Shown piece after piece: positions 53,639-62,706 of a stretch of DNA of 64,000 bases. The position numbers and the translations under genes were made by a program. The notes under the pieces are model-generated. The model was not told the origin of the DNA and did no database searches. It saw only the letters and a program-made list of their open reading frames with translations. Source of the stretch: an uncultured Oscillibacter sp. (lineage in GTDB: Bacteria > Bacillota > Clostridia > Oscillospirales > Oscillospiraceae); assembly GCA_947365245.1 (NCBI GenBank), contig CANAWG010000013.1:2699-66698 (forward strand), given 5' to 3'. The stretch's first letter is position 1; every line of letters starts with the position of its first letter.

Positions 53639-55174
53639 ATGAGATGCTTCATGGGAATCGATGCCGGGACCAGCGGGATCAAGGCGGTAATCATCGACGA
53701 GCACGGCGCTGTCCGTGGAAGCGGCTACCACGAGTGCGACCTGATCACTCCACGGCCCGGCTGGGTGGAGCAGGCGCCGGAGGCTTGGTGGAGCGCCTGC
53801 TGCCAGGCTGTCCGGAGAGCCGTATCCGCCAGCGGCTGCGGGGATGCTGTGGCCGGGATCGGTCTGTCCGGTCAGATGCAGGGCTGCCTTCTGCTGGACC
53901 GGCGGATGGAGCCTATTGGAAACTGCATCATCTGGCTGGATCAGCGCGCCGGCAGAGAGGTGGAGGACATCGGGGAGCTGGTTTCCGACCGAGAGGCCCT
54001 CTCTCACACGGCAAATCACTGCCTGAACAGCTTTTGGGCGCCCAAGCTGCTCTGGATCCGAAAAAATCGTCCGGAGGCCTACGAGCGCGCCGCCAAGGTC
54101 TTGTTTGCCAAGGACTATCTCCGGTATCGGATGACCGGTGAGGTCGCGGCGGAGGTGAGCGACGCCTCGCTCTCTTTTTTGATGGACGTCCCCAACCGCT
54201 GCTGGTCCCGGTCGATGTTCGATAAACTGGACATCGACATCACTCTGGCGCCGGAGCGGCTTTTGGAGTCGTCGGACATCGCCGGATACCTCAGAGGCGA
54301 GGTGGCGGAAGACTGGGGTGTTCCGGCGAATATTCCCGTGGCGGCAGGCGCCGGGGACCAGCCTGCGGGCGGCGTCGGCACCGGTATTGTGGAAAATGGC
54401 ATCCTGGGCTCTACGATTGGAACCAGCGGTGTGATTTTCGGCTGTACGGACCGGCCTCTGCTGGATCCGCAGAGCCGGGCGCTCATGACGATGGCCCACG
54501 CTGTCAATAATAAGTGGTGCTTCCTCGGACTGGAGCTCAGCGCCGGCGGTGCGTTCAAATGGCTGCGGGATACGTTTTTCGCCCGTGAACGGCTTGAGTA
54601 CAGCGCCCGGGGAGCAGACGTGTACGATCTGATGACAGGCTATGCCCAAAAGGCGGCTCCCGGCTGTGAGGGGCTGATATTCCTGCCCTATCTCAACGGG
54701 GAAAAAACGCCCATATCGGATGAGAATGCCCGCGGTGTCTTTTTCGGGCTTTCTTACCGGCACGGTATACAGGAAATCTGCCGCAGCGTCATGGAGGGCG
54801 TCACGTTCGGCCTGCGGGAGACCATTGAAATCTGTCGGGAGATGGGACAGGCTGTTACGGAGGTCCGCGCCAACGGAGGCGGCGCCAGGAGCCGCCTGTG
54901 GCTTCAGATGCAGGCTGACATTTATAAAGCGGAGATTGTGACCATGAACATGGAGGAGGGACCTGCTGCCGGCGCCGCGATTATGGCGGCTGTGGCCGCG
55001 GGCTGCTTCCGGAATGCAGCGGAGGGCTGCGGCGCCTGGCTGCGGGTTGTCCAAAGAATCGAGCCTGACCTCAAACATGCGGCGGTCTATGACGCGTACT
55101 TTTCCAGCTATCGGGCATTGTACCGGGATTTGAGGTCCGCCTTTGCCCGGCAGGCCCGGCTGGTCAATGGATAA
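53639..55174 (+). CDS. FGGY family carbohydrate kinase (xylulokinase-like)
   Basis: N-terminal GIDAGTSGIKAV, and GGGARS near the C-terminus. Possible alternative TTG start at 53633. Confidence 0.88.
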   Translation: MRCFMGIDAGTSGIKAVIIDEHGAVRGSGYHECDLITPRPGWVEQAPEAWWSACCQAVRRAVSASGCGDAVAGIGLSGQMQGCLLLDRRMEPIGNCIIWLDQRAGREVEDIGELVSDREALSHTANHCLNSFWAPKLLWIRKNRPEAYERAAKVLFAKDYLRYRMTGEVAAEVSDASLSFLMDVPNRCWSRSMFDKLDIDITLAPERLLESSDIAGYLRGEVAEDWGVPANIPVAAGAGDQPAGGVGTGIVENGILGSTIGTSGVIFGCTDRPLLDPQSRALMTMAHAVNNKWCFLGLELSAGGAFKWLRDTFFARERLEYSARGADVYDLMTGYAQKAAPGCEGLIFLPYLNGEKTPISDENARGVFFGLSYRHGIQEICRSVMEGVTFGLRETIEICREMGQAVTEVRANGGGARSRLWLQMQADIYKAEIVTMNMEEGPAAGAAIMAAVAAGCFRNAAEGCGAWLRVVQRIEPDLKHAAVYDAYFSSYRALYRDLRSAFARQARLVNG

Positions 55175-55240
55175 AGCTGTATAGACGGCGGATATTTGCG
55201 AAGCCGCCATGGGGGATGCGGAAATGATAGGAGGATTATA

Positions 55241-56788
55241 ATGGACTTGTTTTTGGGAATTGATATTGGCACCGGCGGCGCCCGGGCGGGGATTTTTGAC
55301 CGCGGCGGAGCGTCTCTGCGCTTTCACGAGGAGCCCTTTCCGCTGTACACGCCCCGCTCGGGATGGGCGGAGCAGTCTCCCGACGACTGGTGGGCGGCTC
55401 TCGGCAAAGCCGTTCGCACGGTTGTCGCGGAGGGAGGGTTTTCGCCCGGCGATATTGCTGGAATCAGCTTTGACAGCACCAGCTGCACTGTGGTTGTGTC
55501 GGGGGAGGACATGGTTCCTCTCCGGCCCGCCATCATGTGGATGGACATGCGGGCATCCGCGCAGGCAAAGCGCATCGCAGCATCCGGGCATCCGATGCTG
55601 AAATACAACGGATACGGTCCTGTTTCTGCGGAGTGGTTTCCCTCCAAGGTGCTCTGGCTGAAAGAGAATGAACCGGAAATCTATCACGCCGCATCTAGAA
55701 TTTACGAATGCACGGACTGGATTGCCTATCAGCTGACAGGGGCATATACGGCCAGCCTGAACCACGCCTCCTGCCGCTGGTACTATAACACTAGGGAGGG
55801 CGGTTATCCCACGGGGTTTTATGAGACCATTGGATTGGGAGACCTCCGGGAAAAACTCCCGGAAAGGGTCCTGCCCATGGGAACGCCGATTGGACCGCTT
55901 ACGCGGGAGGCCGCGGCTCATCTGGGGCTCCGCGCGGGGATTCCCGTAGGAGAGGGGGGCGCGGACGCTTTCGTAGGCGTCATCGGCCTCAACGCGCTCC
56001 TGCCGGGAAAGATGGCGATGATCACCGGCTCCTCCCACCTCCACGTGGTTCAGACTGAGCGCGAAATCCACGGACAGGGTATGTGGGGCGGGTACCCGGA
56101 CGCAATTGTTCCCGGCCTGTTCATGATGGAGGGCGGGCAGACCTCCACCGGTTCGATCATCAACTGGGTCAAAAATCAGCTCTGCGGAAACTATCTCATT
56201 CAGGCACAGGCCGAGGGCTGCAGTGTCTATGACATCCTAAACCGGGAGGCGGAAAAGCTGCCGATTGGCGCGGACGGGCTTGTGGCGCTGGATTTCTTCC
56301 AGGGAAACCGCACGCCCCATGTGGATCCGGATGTCCGCGGACTGTACTACGGATTGTCACTGGGACACACGCCCGCTCATATATACCGCGCTTCTGTGGA
56401 GAGCGTCTGCTTTGGCACAAAGGCCATCATGGATGTGTTCTCAGACAGCGGGATGGATTTTCAGGAGATTGTCGTCTCCGGCGGAATTGTGAAGAGTCCT
56501 TTCTGGCTGCAGGCCCATGCCGACGTGTCCAATGTCCCGCTGACGGTTCCGCGAGAGCCGGAGGCGCCTTGCCTTGGCTCTGCGATTCTGGGCGCCGTGG
56601 CCGCCGGGGCCTTTGGCAGCGTTGCAGAGGCGGCGGGCGCCATGGTCCGCCCGGAGCGCGTTGTGACGCCGGATCAGGCCCGGCACGAGGCGTATATGTT
56701 CTACTTTGAAAAATACCAGGAGCTCTATGGCCTGCTGCGGGACTGGATGCACGCGGTGACGGGCCGCGGAGCCGGGAGAGGCAGGTAA
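55241..56788 (+). CDS. FGGY family carbohydrate kinase (pentulose/ribulokinase-like)
   Basis: N-terminal GIDIGTGGARAG, and GGIVKSPFW near the C-terminus. Clearly diverged from the upstream FGGY gene. Confidence 0.85.
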   Translation: MDLFLGIDIGTGGARAGIFDRGGASLRFHEEPFPLYTPRSGWAEQSPDDWWAALGKAVRTVVAEGGFSPGDIAGISFDSTSCTVVVSGEDMVPLRPAIMWMDMRASAQAKRIAASGHPMLKYNGYGPVSAEWFPSKVLWLKENEPEIYHAASRIYECTDWIAYQLTGAYTASLNHASCRWYYNTREGGYPTGFYETIGLGDLREKLPERVLPMGTPIGPLTREAAAHLGLRAGIPVGEGGADAFVGVIGLNALLPGKMAMITGSSHLHVVQTEREIHGQGMWGGYPDAIVPGLFMMEGGQTSTGSIINWVKNQLCGNYLIQAQAEGCSVYDILNREAEKLPIGADGLVALDFFQGNRTPHVDPDVRGLYYGLSLGHTPAHIYRASVESVCFGTKAIMDVFSDSGMDFQEIVVSGGIVKSPFWLQAHADVSNVPLTVPREPEAPCLGSAILGAVAAGAFGSVAEAAGAMVRPERVVTPDQARHEAYMFYFEKYQELYGLLRDWMHAVTGRGAGRGR

Positions 56789-56792
56789 TTTT

Positions 56793-57449
56793 ATGGCTGT
56801 GATCTCCGCGTCGATCCTCAGCTGCGATCACGCCTATATCGGCGATGGGATAAGAAAAGCCCTCGCGGCGGGGGCCGGTTCGATCCATGTGGATGTGATG
56901 GATGGATATTACGTTGAGAATATGACCTTTGGGCCCCGGCTGATTTGGGATATACGCCGCATTGCGCAGGTCCCAGTCTGTGTGCATCTTGAGGTGGAGA
57001 ATCCGGAGCGGATTGTCCCCCTGTTCCTGGACACGCCCTGTGACTCCATTGTGTTTCAGACGGACGCGTGCCGCAATCCCATCCACCTGCTGGAGAAAAT
57101 CCGACAGGGCGGGAAGCGGGCCGGAGCCGCCATTGGTCCGGCCTATGCGCCGGAGGCGCTTCGCTATATCCTGCGCCATGTGGATGAAATTATCCTGATG
57201 AGTGTCGAGCCGGGTTACGCCGGCCAGGACTTTGAGGCTTCCGTCTATGAAAAGCTGCGGGAGCTGCGGCGGCTGATGGAGAATGCGGGCCGCCGGATTC
57301 CCGTCGGCATTGACGGCGGCGTCTGCGCGGAAAATGCGGCGAAGCTGCGGGATGCAGGCGCGGATATCCTTATATGCGGCTCCTCGGTTTTTAATGGGGA
57401 GGATATTTCTGAAAATCTCCGGCGGCTTCTGGCGTCTTTGCAGACTTAG
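56793..57449 (+). CDS. rpe: Ribulose-phosphate 3-epimerase
   Basis: SILSCD, HVDVMDG, MSVEPGYAGQ and DGG motifs. Confidence 0.9.
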   Translation: MAVISASILSCDHAYIGDGIRKALAAGAGSIHVDVMDGYYVENMTFGPRLIWDIRRIAQVPVCVHLEVENPERIVPLFLDTPCDSIVFQTDACRNPIHLLEKIRQGGKRAGAAIGPAYAPEALRYILRHVDEIILMSVEPGYAGQDFEASVYEKLRELRRLMENAGRRIPVGIDGGVCAENAAKLRDAGADILICGSSVFNGEDISENLRRLLASLQT

Positions 57450-57463
57450 GCGCCGCTCGCATA

Positions 57464-57501
57464 AACAGCAGCAGGCAATCGCGTTGCCTGCTGCTGTTTT
57501 G
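57464..57501 (+). terminator. Intrinsic terminator after rpe
   Basis: Perfect 15-bp stem AACAGCAGCAGGCAA-tcgcg-TTGCCTGCTGCTGTT followed by TT. Confidence 0.8.
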
Positions 57502-57605
57502 CGGCGCTTGATAATGGAAAGATTCCGTATTTTCAATGGTTTGGGGCTATTGTGGGCATATTTGCTGAATGTCGTATATTATTTGCGTGAATTGTCCTCC
57601 GGCAC

Positions 57606-57635
57606 TTGACTTATATGTTGACCGTCTGTTAAAAT
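57606..57635 (+). promoter_or_regulatory. Candidate promoter of the SorC-family regulator gene
   Basis: TTGACT (57606-57611), 18-nt spacer, TAAAAT (57630-57635). Confidence 0.4.
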
Positions 57636-57779
57636 CAAGGCGGATCAATGTTTATTTATACATTTGGGGCATCTGAGCCTGATTTTTCCGGTGGGACACC
57701 AATCCGGTGCGGGAATTGTACTTGCGGTATATTGGTGTGAACGAAATAAATCCTGAAAGATGACAAGGGGATTGACTGT

Positions 57780-58772
57780 ATGGCGATTCGTGAAGATGTC
57801 CGCTACTCCATGAAATTGAAGGCACTCTACTATCTGTATGAAAAAAACTATACCCAGACCGAGATAGCCAAGATTTTAAATATTTCCAGAGTGACGCTTG
57901 GAAAGTGGCTGGATGAGGCCCGCGAAGAGGGTATGATTAAATTTGAGATTGTCGATATAAAGAATGAGCTGTCGCTTTTCCATCTGGAAGATGAGATGAA
58001 GGAGCGGTTCCATCTGAAAGAGGTTCGCCTCATCAGCAGCGTGGATCTGGATGACAGCGGCGTCATGTGGAAGATTGCTATCAACGCGGCCTCCTATTTT
58101 GAACAGCTGATCCACAGCGATATGAAGGTGGGGCTCACCTGGGGAAGAACGCTGAACGCCATGGTGAATGAGCTCTCCGGCGATCGGAGGATTGGCGGTC
58201 TGACAATTTACACGCTGGTGGGAAACGCCCCCAACGACGCGGCGTTCCAACCTAATATCTTGGCGCAGAATCTGCTGAGCAAGTATAATGGATCCTTGAA
58301 AATCCTCACAGCGCCGTTTCTGTGCTACTCTGCAAAGCTGTGCAGTGATATTAAGCATGATCCCCAGATAGCCACAATCCTTCAGGAGACGAAAGATTTG
58401 GACATCACCCTGGTCGGCATCGGTGAGGAGCCGATGGCGGATGAAAAGACCCTGAGTGACTATCCCTTTGACGATACGATCATCCAGGATCTGATTCGAA
58501 ACGGGGCTGTCGGAGATATATGCGGCAATTTTTTTGATATCACGGGCAAACCCTGCGACACGATTTTGCGGGATCGCATTTTGTCTATCGACATCCAGGA
58601 GCTTCTCAGGCATAAGATGGTGATCGGCATGGGCGGCGGCTCCCGAAAGGTCAAATCGCTTCTGGGCGCACTGCACGGCTCTTATCTGGATGTCTTAATC
58701 ACAGACGACCAAACGGCCAGAGAAGTTCTTGCGCTGGAGGACACCTATATCACAAAGCGCGGCAGAGATTGA
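57780..58772 (+). CDS. SorC/DeoR-type sugar-binding transcriptional regulator
   Basis: N-terminal HTH (YTQTEIAKILNISRVTLGKWL) followed by a SorC sugar-phosphate-binding domain; 330 aa. Confidence 0.85.
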   Translation: MAIREDVRYSMKLKALYYLYEKNYTQTEIAKILNISRVTLGKWLDEAREEGMIKFEIVDIKNELSLFHLEDEMKERFHLKEVRLISSVDLDDSGVMWKIAINAASYFEQLIHSDMKVGLTWGRTLNAMVNELSGDRRIGGLTIYTLVGNAPNDAAFQPNILAQNLLSKYNGSLKILTAPFLCYSAKLCSDIKHDPQIATILQETKDLDITLVGIGEEPMADEKTLSDYPFDDTIIQDLIRNGAVGDICGNFFDITGKPCDTILRDRILSIDIQELLRHKMVIGMGGGSRKVKSLLGALHGSYLDVLITDDQTAREVLALEDTYITKRGRD

Positions 58773-58773
58773 A

Positions 58774-58810
58774 AGAGAACGCCTCCGGCACAGCCGGAGG
58801 CGTTCTCTTG
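58774..58810 (+). terminator. Hairpin terminator after the regulator gene
   Basis: Perfect 15-bp stem AGAGAACGCCTCCGG-cacag-CCGGAGGCGTTCTCT; short T tail. Confidence 0.65.
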
Positions 58811-59235
58811 CCTGTTTGCGGCGGCCGCCGCGCGCGGAGATTATGATTGCAATGCGGCGCAAAGGGTTCCGGCTTTGCCAAAGCTCTCTCCTTGCGGCAT
58901 CTTGCCGCCCGGAAAGCGCAGATGTCGGCCTGCCCCCCTTGGTGTAGTCTGTCGGCTTATCGTGGTGCGTCCAGAGAAATCCCCGGCTTTCGGTCCATTT
59001 GGCGCCGCCTGCTCCACTGTTTCCGCAGAGAATTTCCCGTCCTGGGTCGGGCTGTGGGTTGGCTCCAAAACACGGCTTTCCTCGCGCATATTTTAAGCGG
59101 CCTCCCTTGAAAACGGCGCTGGAAATCCAGCCGCGCCGACACGAGCCGTAGATTGGAGAGCAGGGGGCTTTGCCCTCAGCCCCGCTGAGGATCACCAACA
59201 ACGGCTTTTCACACTGACGCATAGTTCTTTCCGCC

Positions 59236-60813
59236 CTATACCCCGGCATCGCGGCGCGTGGAGATGTCCCGCCTGGTTTCGGCGTCCAGCCCAGATGATA
59301 TTCCGGCATGGGGGCCGTCGGTCCCGCGATACTGTTCGCGGTCTTCTCCAGCCCCGCCCGCGTCGTCTCTCCAGGCCAGGGTGTAGGTCCGGAGATCCGC
59401 AACGCGGACTACCGCCCCCAGGACGGGAATCTCCTCCAGGGCGTTGGTCAGAGGCGGAAAGCAGTTGAGGAGGATCAGGCAGAGGAGCAGGGCCAGGATG
59501 CCGTAGGTCAAAGGGCCTGTCCGGCGGACGGCGGCTCTGGCGGGCTCCGGCGGAATCAGCACGACCCGCAGGACAAACCAGCCGGTGTCCCATTGGCAGC
59601 GGAACAGGCCGCCGTACTTGTCCGCTATGGTCCGGATGCTGGGCAGGCCCAGACCGTGGTTTTCCCGCTTGGAGACCACCGGCAGGCCGTTGGAATCAAA
59701 GAACACCTGGCGGGGGCAGGGATTTTCCACGGAGACGATCAGCCGTCCGTTTTCCGTCAGCTCCATCTCCAGGCGGATCCGCCGCTGCTCTTCGGGCAGG
59801 TCCCGGCAGGCGTGGATGGCGTTTTCCAGGGAGTTGGCCAGAATGACGCACAGGTCCGTCTCCTCGAAAGGCAGCTTCTCCGGAAGGTTGATTTTGGTGT
59901 CCACGGAGCAGCCTGCGTCGGCGGCTTGTGCGATATAAGCCGTCAGGATGGCGTTGACCGCGCTGTTGGCGCACTCGGCGGGATGGACGAGGGATTCCAG
60001 CCCGCCGTTCAGCGTGCGGACATACTGGAGCGCCCCGTCGCTGTTGCCCTGTTGGAGCAGTTCGTCCAGAGCGGCCAGGTGATGGCGCATATCGTGCCGG
60101 TAAATCTGGGTCAGCTCCATCTTCTGGCATACGGCGTTGTAGTCCCGCTGCTGGAGCTCCATCTGGCGGCTATTCTCGTACATCCGCATTTGCCGCCAGA
60201 GGGAGTGAAAGATGGTGAGGTAGGTCAGGGGCATCAAAAGCATGACCAGGGCGATCTGGAGCAGCCCGGCGGCGTCCGGCAGAGGGTCGTCCACCGGCAC
60301 GGCGGTGACAATGAGAAGCAGATAGTAGGTGCCTCCCACGCCGGTAAACAGCCACCAGCCCTTTTTCAGCTTCTCCTGCAATTCCAGATAGGGCCGGCGC
60401 AGATACCGCCAAAGCAGGAACTCAACCACCGGGAACAGCACCAGACGGCTGAGAAACAGCACCACATAGGTGCCGCCGGCCATACGGTCCATGAAGTTTG
60501 TGACCTGCATCAGCCAGAAGCTCATGGTGTCCATCAGGCAGAAGAGGAAGAAAAAGCGCCCGTCCCGGTGCTTGGAGAGCAGGAAGAAGAGCAGAAAGGA
60601 GGGGAGGGTGCAGGTGAAAAAGGCCAGATGCATGATGCTCGCAGGTCCCTGCCGCGCCATGAGCAGCATATTAATGACCGTCAGGGTTCCAATACCGGCG
60701 CAGCTGCAGATCAGCGTCGTCCGCCAGGAACAGCGGGGCGTGAAGAGCAGCAGGTACAGCGCGGCGATATGGAGCATGGACCAGAGGAAAGAGATGTCCC
60801 GCAGAAGCGTCAT
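59236..60813 (-). CDS. GHKL (AgrC/LytS-like, HATPase_c_5) sensor kinase with an unusual C-terminal TM extension
   Basis: Start at MTLLRDISF (60813) after an AGGAGG-like RBS, with a 4-nt overlap on the LytTR stop. Six or seven N-terminal TM helices, H-box YRHDMRHHL, ATPase NHGLGLPSI. The track ORF extending to 61521 is a frame artefact. Confidence 0.8.
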   Translation of the reverse strand: MTLLRDISFLWSMLHIAALYLLLFTPRCSWRTTLICSCAGIGTLTVINMLLMARQGPASIMHLAFFTCTLPSFLLFFLLSKHRDGRFFFLFCLMDTMSFWLMQVTNFMDRMAGGTYVVLFLSRLVLFPVVEFLLWRYLRRPYLELQEKLKKGWWLFTGVGGTYYLLLIVTAVPVDDPLPDAAGLLQIALVMLLMPLTYLTIFHSLWRQMRMYENSRQMELQQRDYNAVCQKMELTQIYRHDMRHHLAALDELLQQGNSDGALQYVRTLNGGLESLVHPAECANSAVNAILTAYIAQAADAGCSVDTKINLPEKLPFEETDLCVILANSLENAIHACRDLPEEQRRIRLEMELTENGRLIVSVENPCPRQVFFDSNGLPVVSKRENHGLGLPSIRTIADKYGGLFRCQWDTGWFVLRVVLIPPEPARAAVRRTGPLTYGILALLLCLILLNCFPPLTNALEEIPVLGAVVRVADLRTYTLAWRDDAGGAGEDREQYRGTDGPHAGISSGLDAETRRDISTRRDAGV

Positions 60814-61568
60814 AGTCCAGCCTCCTTCGGCCCGTTGAGCCAGTAGTCTTGCCAGCGCTGCCTGGCCTGGGCGGTCAGGCCTCTGGCCAGGGGAACCCGG
60901 GCGCCGCCGTCCATGCGGAGAAAGCCCTTTTCCACGGCCGTGACGTAGAACAGGTTCGCCAGGAAGCTGGCTCCGCACTGGAAGAAGCGGGCGTCCTCCA
61001 GCAGGGGGGCGGTCTCTTTCAGGAAGGGCCCCCGCAGCGTCACGCTGTCCAGATGGGTCTGGCCGACTAGGTGATAGCGCACCGTCCGGCCCAGCAGCTC
61101 CGCGTAGAGAATCTCGTCCAGCCGGACCAGCCGCTGGCCCTCCCGGGTGTGAACCGCAACACAGGCGGAGCGCCGCTTCCCCAGGGCCTCCACGGCCTGA
61201 TCCAGCACCTGGAAGAGCTGCGCGGGATCCACGGGCTTGATGAGGTAGTAGAAAGCCCTGGCCGCGTAGGACTCCACCGCGTACTCCGGGGAGATGGTGA
61301 GATAGATGATCGCCCCATCCCTGCCCAGCTCCCGCAGGCGGATTCCCAGGTCGATGCCGGAGAGCTCCGGCATTACGATGTCCAGCACATACACATCGAA
61401 GCCGCCGGACTCCTCGTCGGCGGCCAAAAGCTCCTGTCCGGAGGAGAATATGGATGTTTTGACGGCCAGGGCGGGCCGGGCCGCCGCATATTCCCGGAGC
61501 AGTTTGCCCGCGGCGGCACATTGAGCCTCATCATCGTCGCAGAGGGCGAGTTTGATCATGAGAAGCAC
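60810..61568 (-). CDS. LytTR-family response regulator
   Basis: Receiver domain (LALCDDDE, DIVMPELSG) plus a LytTR DNA-binding domain. Confidence 0.88.
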   Translation of the reverse strand: MLLMIKLALCDDDEAQCAAAGKLLREYAAARPALAVKTSIFSSGQELLAADEESGGFDVYVLDIVMPELSGIDLGIRLRELGRDGAIIYLTISPEYAVESYAARAFYYLIKPVDPAQLFQVLDQAVEALGKRRSACVAVHTREGQRLVRLDEILYAELLGRTVRYHLVGQTHLDSVTLRGPFLKETAPLLEDARFFQCGASFLANLFYVTAVEKGFLRMDGGARVPLARGLTAQARQRWQDYWLNGPKEAGL

Positions 61569-61787
61569 CTCCTACTCTGTGTGCAAATTATGCGCAAAAA
61601 AGTACACAATTTGCGCAGCGACCCAAAATTCAGCCGGTTTTGTTATAATGAACATAGCATGCTGGCCGCGGACTTGTCAAGCCATTCCCTGGAGGAGGCC
61701 GCGGCGCGCATGGCTTGGGGACGTCCCCAAGCTGTTTCCGGGAGTACTCCCGGAAACAAGAACGGCTGCGGATGGGAGGAGAACCCT

Positions 61788-62018
61788 ATGAAAAGCGACC
61801 TGACAGCAAGGATGGACGCGGAGAGGCGGGTCTTCTCCAAGCCCAGAACGGGCTGCAGCGTCTGGCCGGGACAGAGCTGCCCGGCTTTCACCCGGCGGGT
61901 CGTGCGGCTGGGCGAGAGCGGCTGCTGCTGGTTTTGCAGATACGCCAACTTCCACCTGCGGGAGCCCGTGGCGCTGGAGGTCGGCGTGTGCTGCTGGCCC
62001 AGGGAGCAGGCTGAGTAA
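61788..62018 (+). CDS. Small Cys-rich hypothetical protein (76 aa)
   Basis: ATG follows GGGAGGAG at 8-nt spacing. Seven Cys, including GCCWFC and VCCW. No family recognised. Confidence 0.35.
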   Translation: MKSDLTARMDAERRVFSKPRTGCSVWPGQSCPAFTRRVVRLGESGCCWFCRYANFHLREPVALEVGVCCWPREQAE

Positions 62019-62030
62019 CGCCTGACGGGC

Positions 62031-62378
62031 TTATTCGGTCTGGCCGGCGTCCCGCAGGCTCTCCCGCAGCGCCCGCATGGTCTCTGTGATGATTTTCAGC
62101 TCGGAGTGGGTACAGTCCGACAGGATGCGGGCCGCCTCCCGGTGATATACGGCGTCCGCCGCCGGCAGACTGTCGCACAGCAGCTCGTCCGCCGTCACGT
62201 GCAGGGCGTTGGCGATGTTCACCAGAGTGGGGAGACTGAGCTTTGTGGCGCCCCGCTCAATATGGGAGATATTGGACGGCTCTTGATTGGAGATCTCCGC
62301 CAAGGACTGCTGCGTCAGCCCCTGGGCTTTCCGCAGCCGGCGGATTCGCAGACCGATGGCCTGATAATCCAGTTCCAT
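62031..62378 (-). CDS. XRE-family HTH transcriptional regulator
   Basis: Start at MELDYQAIG after GGAGGTAGG. HTH motif LTQQSLAEISNQEPSNISHIERG. Confidence 0.85.
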   Translation of the reverse strand: MELDYQAIGLRIRRLRKAQGLTQQSLAEISNQEPSNISHIERGATKLSLPTLVNIANALHVTADELLCDSLPAADAVYHREAARILSDCTHSELKIITETMRALRESLRDAGQTE

Positions 62379-62609
62379 ATACCTACCTCCTTCCAGGCTC
62401 CGGGCTCTGTTCGGGCGGCGCCGTGCCGGGGCGCCCAGCCGTATGCCCGCGGGGATTCCGGCTTTATCATCAAGCGCCCTTGGTTTGGTTTTCATCGCCA
62501 AATCCCGCGTGTTTTGCCCGCCTGAAAACAGCGCTGCCATTTTCAGGTTGTTTGACGATATCAACAGGACGCAGGGAAAAATTTGCGGCGCTTTTTGAGC
62601 TTAAAGTTA

Positions 62610-62663
62610 TTGTATATCCGATTAGGATATGTTAAAATGGTCTGCATATCCCAAAAGGATATG
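62610..62663 (+). promoter_or_regulatory. Promoter (TTGTAT-N17-TAAAAT) overlapped by two ATATCC-N5-GGATAT inverted repeats
   Basis: IR1 at 62614-62630 (ATATCC gatta GGATAT). IR2 at 62645-62663 (CATATCC caaaa GGATATG). -10 hexamer at 62633-62638. Confidence 0.5.
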
Positions 62664-62706
62664 GGTTAATATTTTGGCAAATAGAGAGCCAATTGAGGGA
62701 TACCTG

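Noticed and set aside
59236-61521. 761-aa ORF in the track suggesting a much longer kinase.
   Set aside because: Upstream of 60813 it runs through the LytTR regulator gene in another frame. The real start, with RBS and 4-nt overlap, is MTLLRD at 60813.
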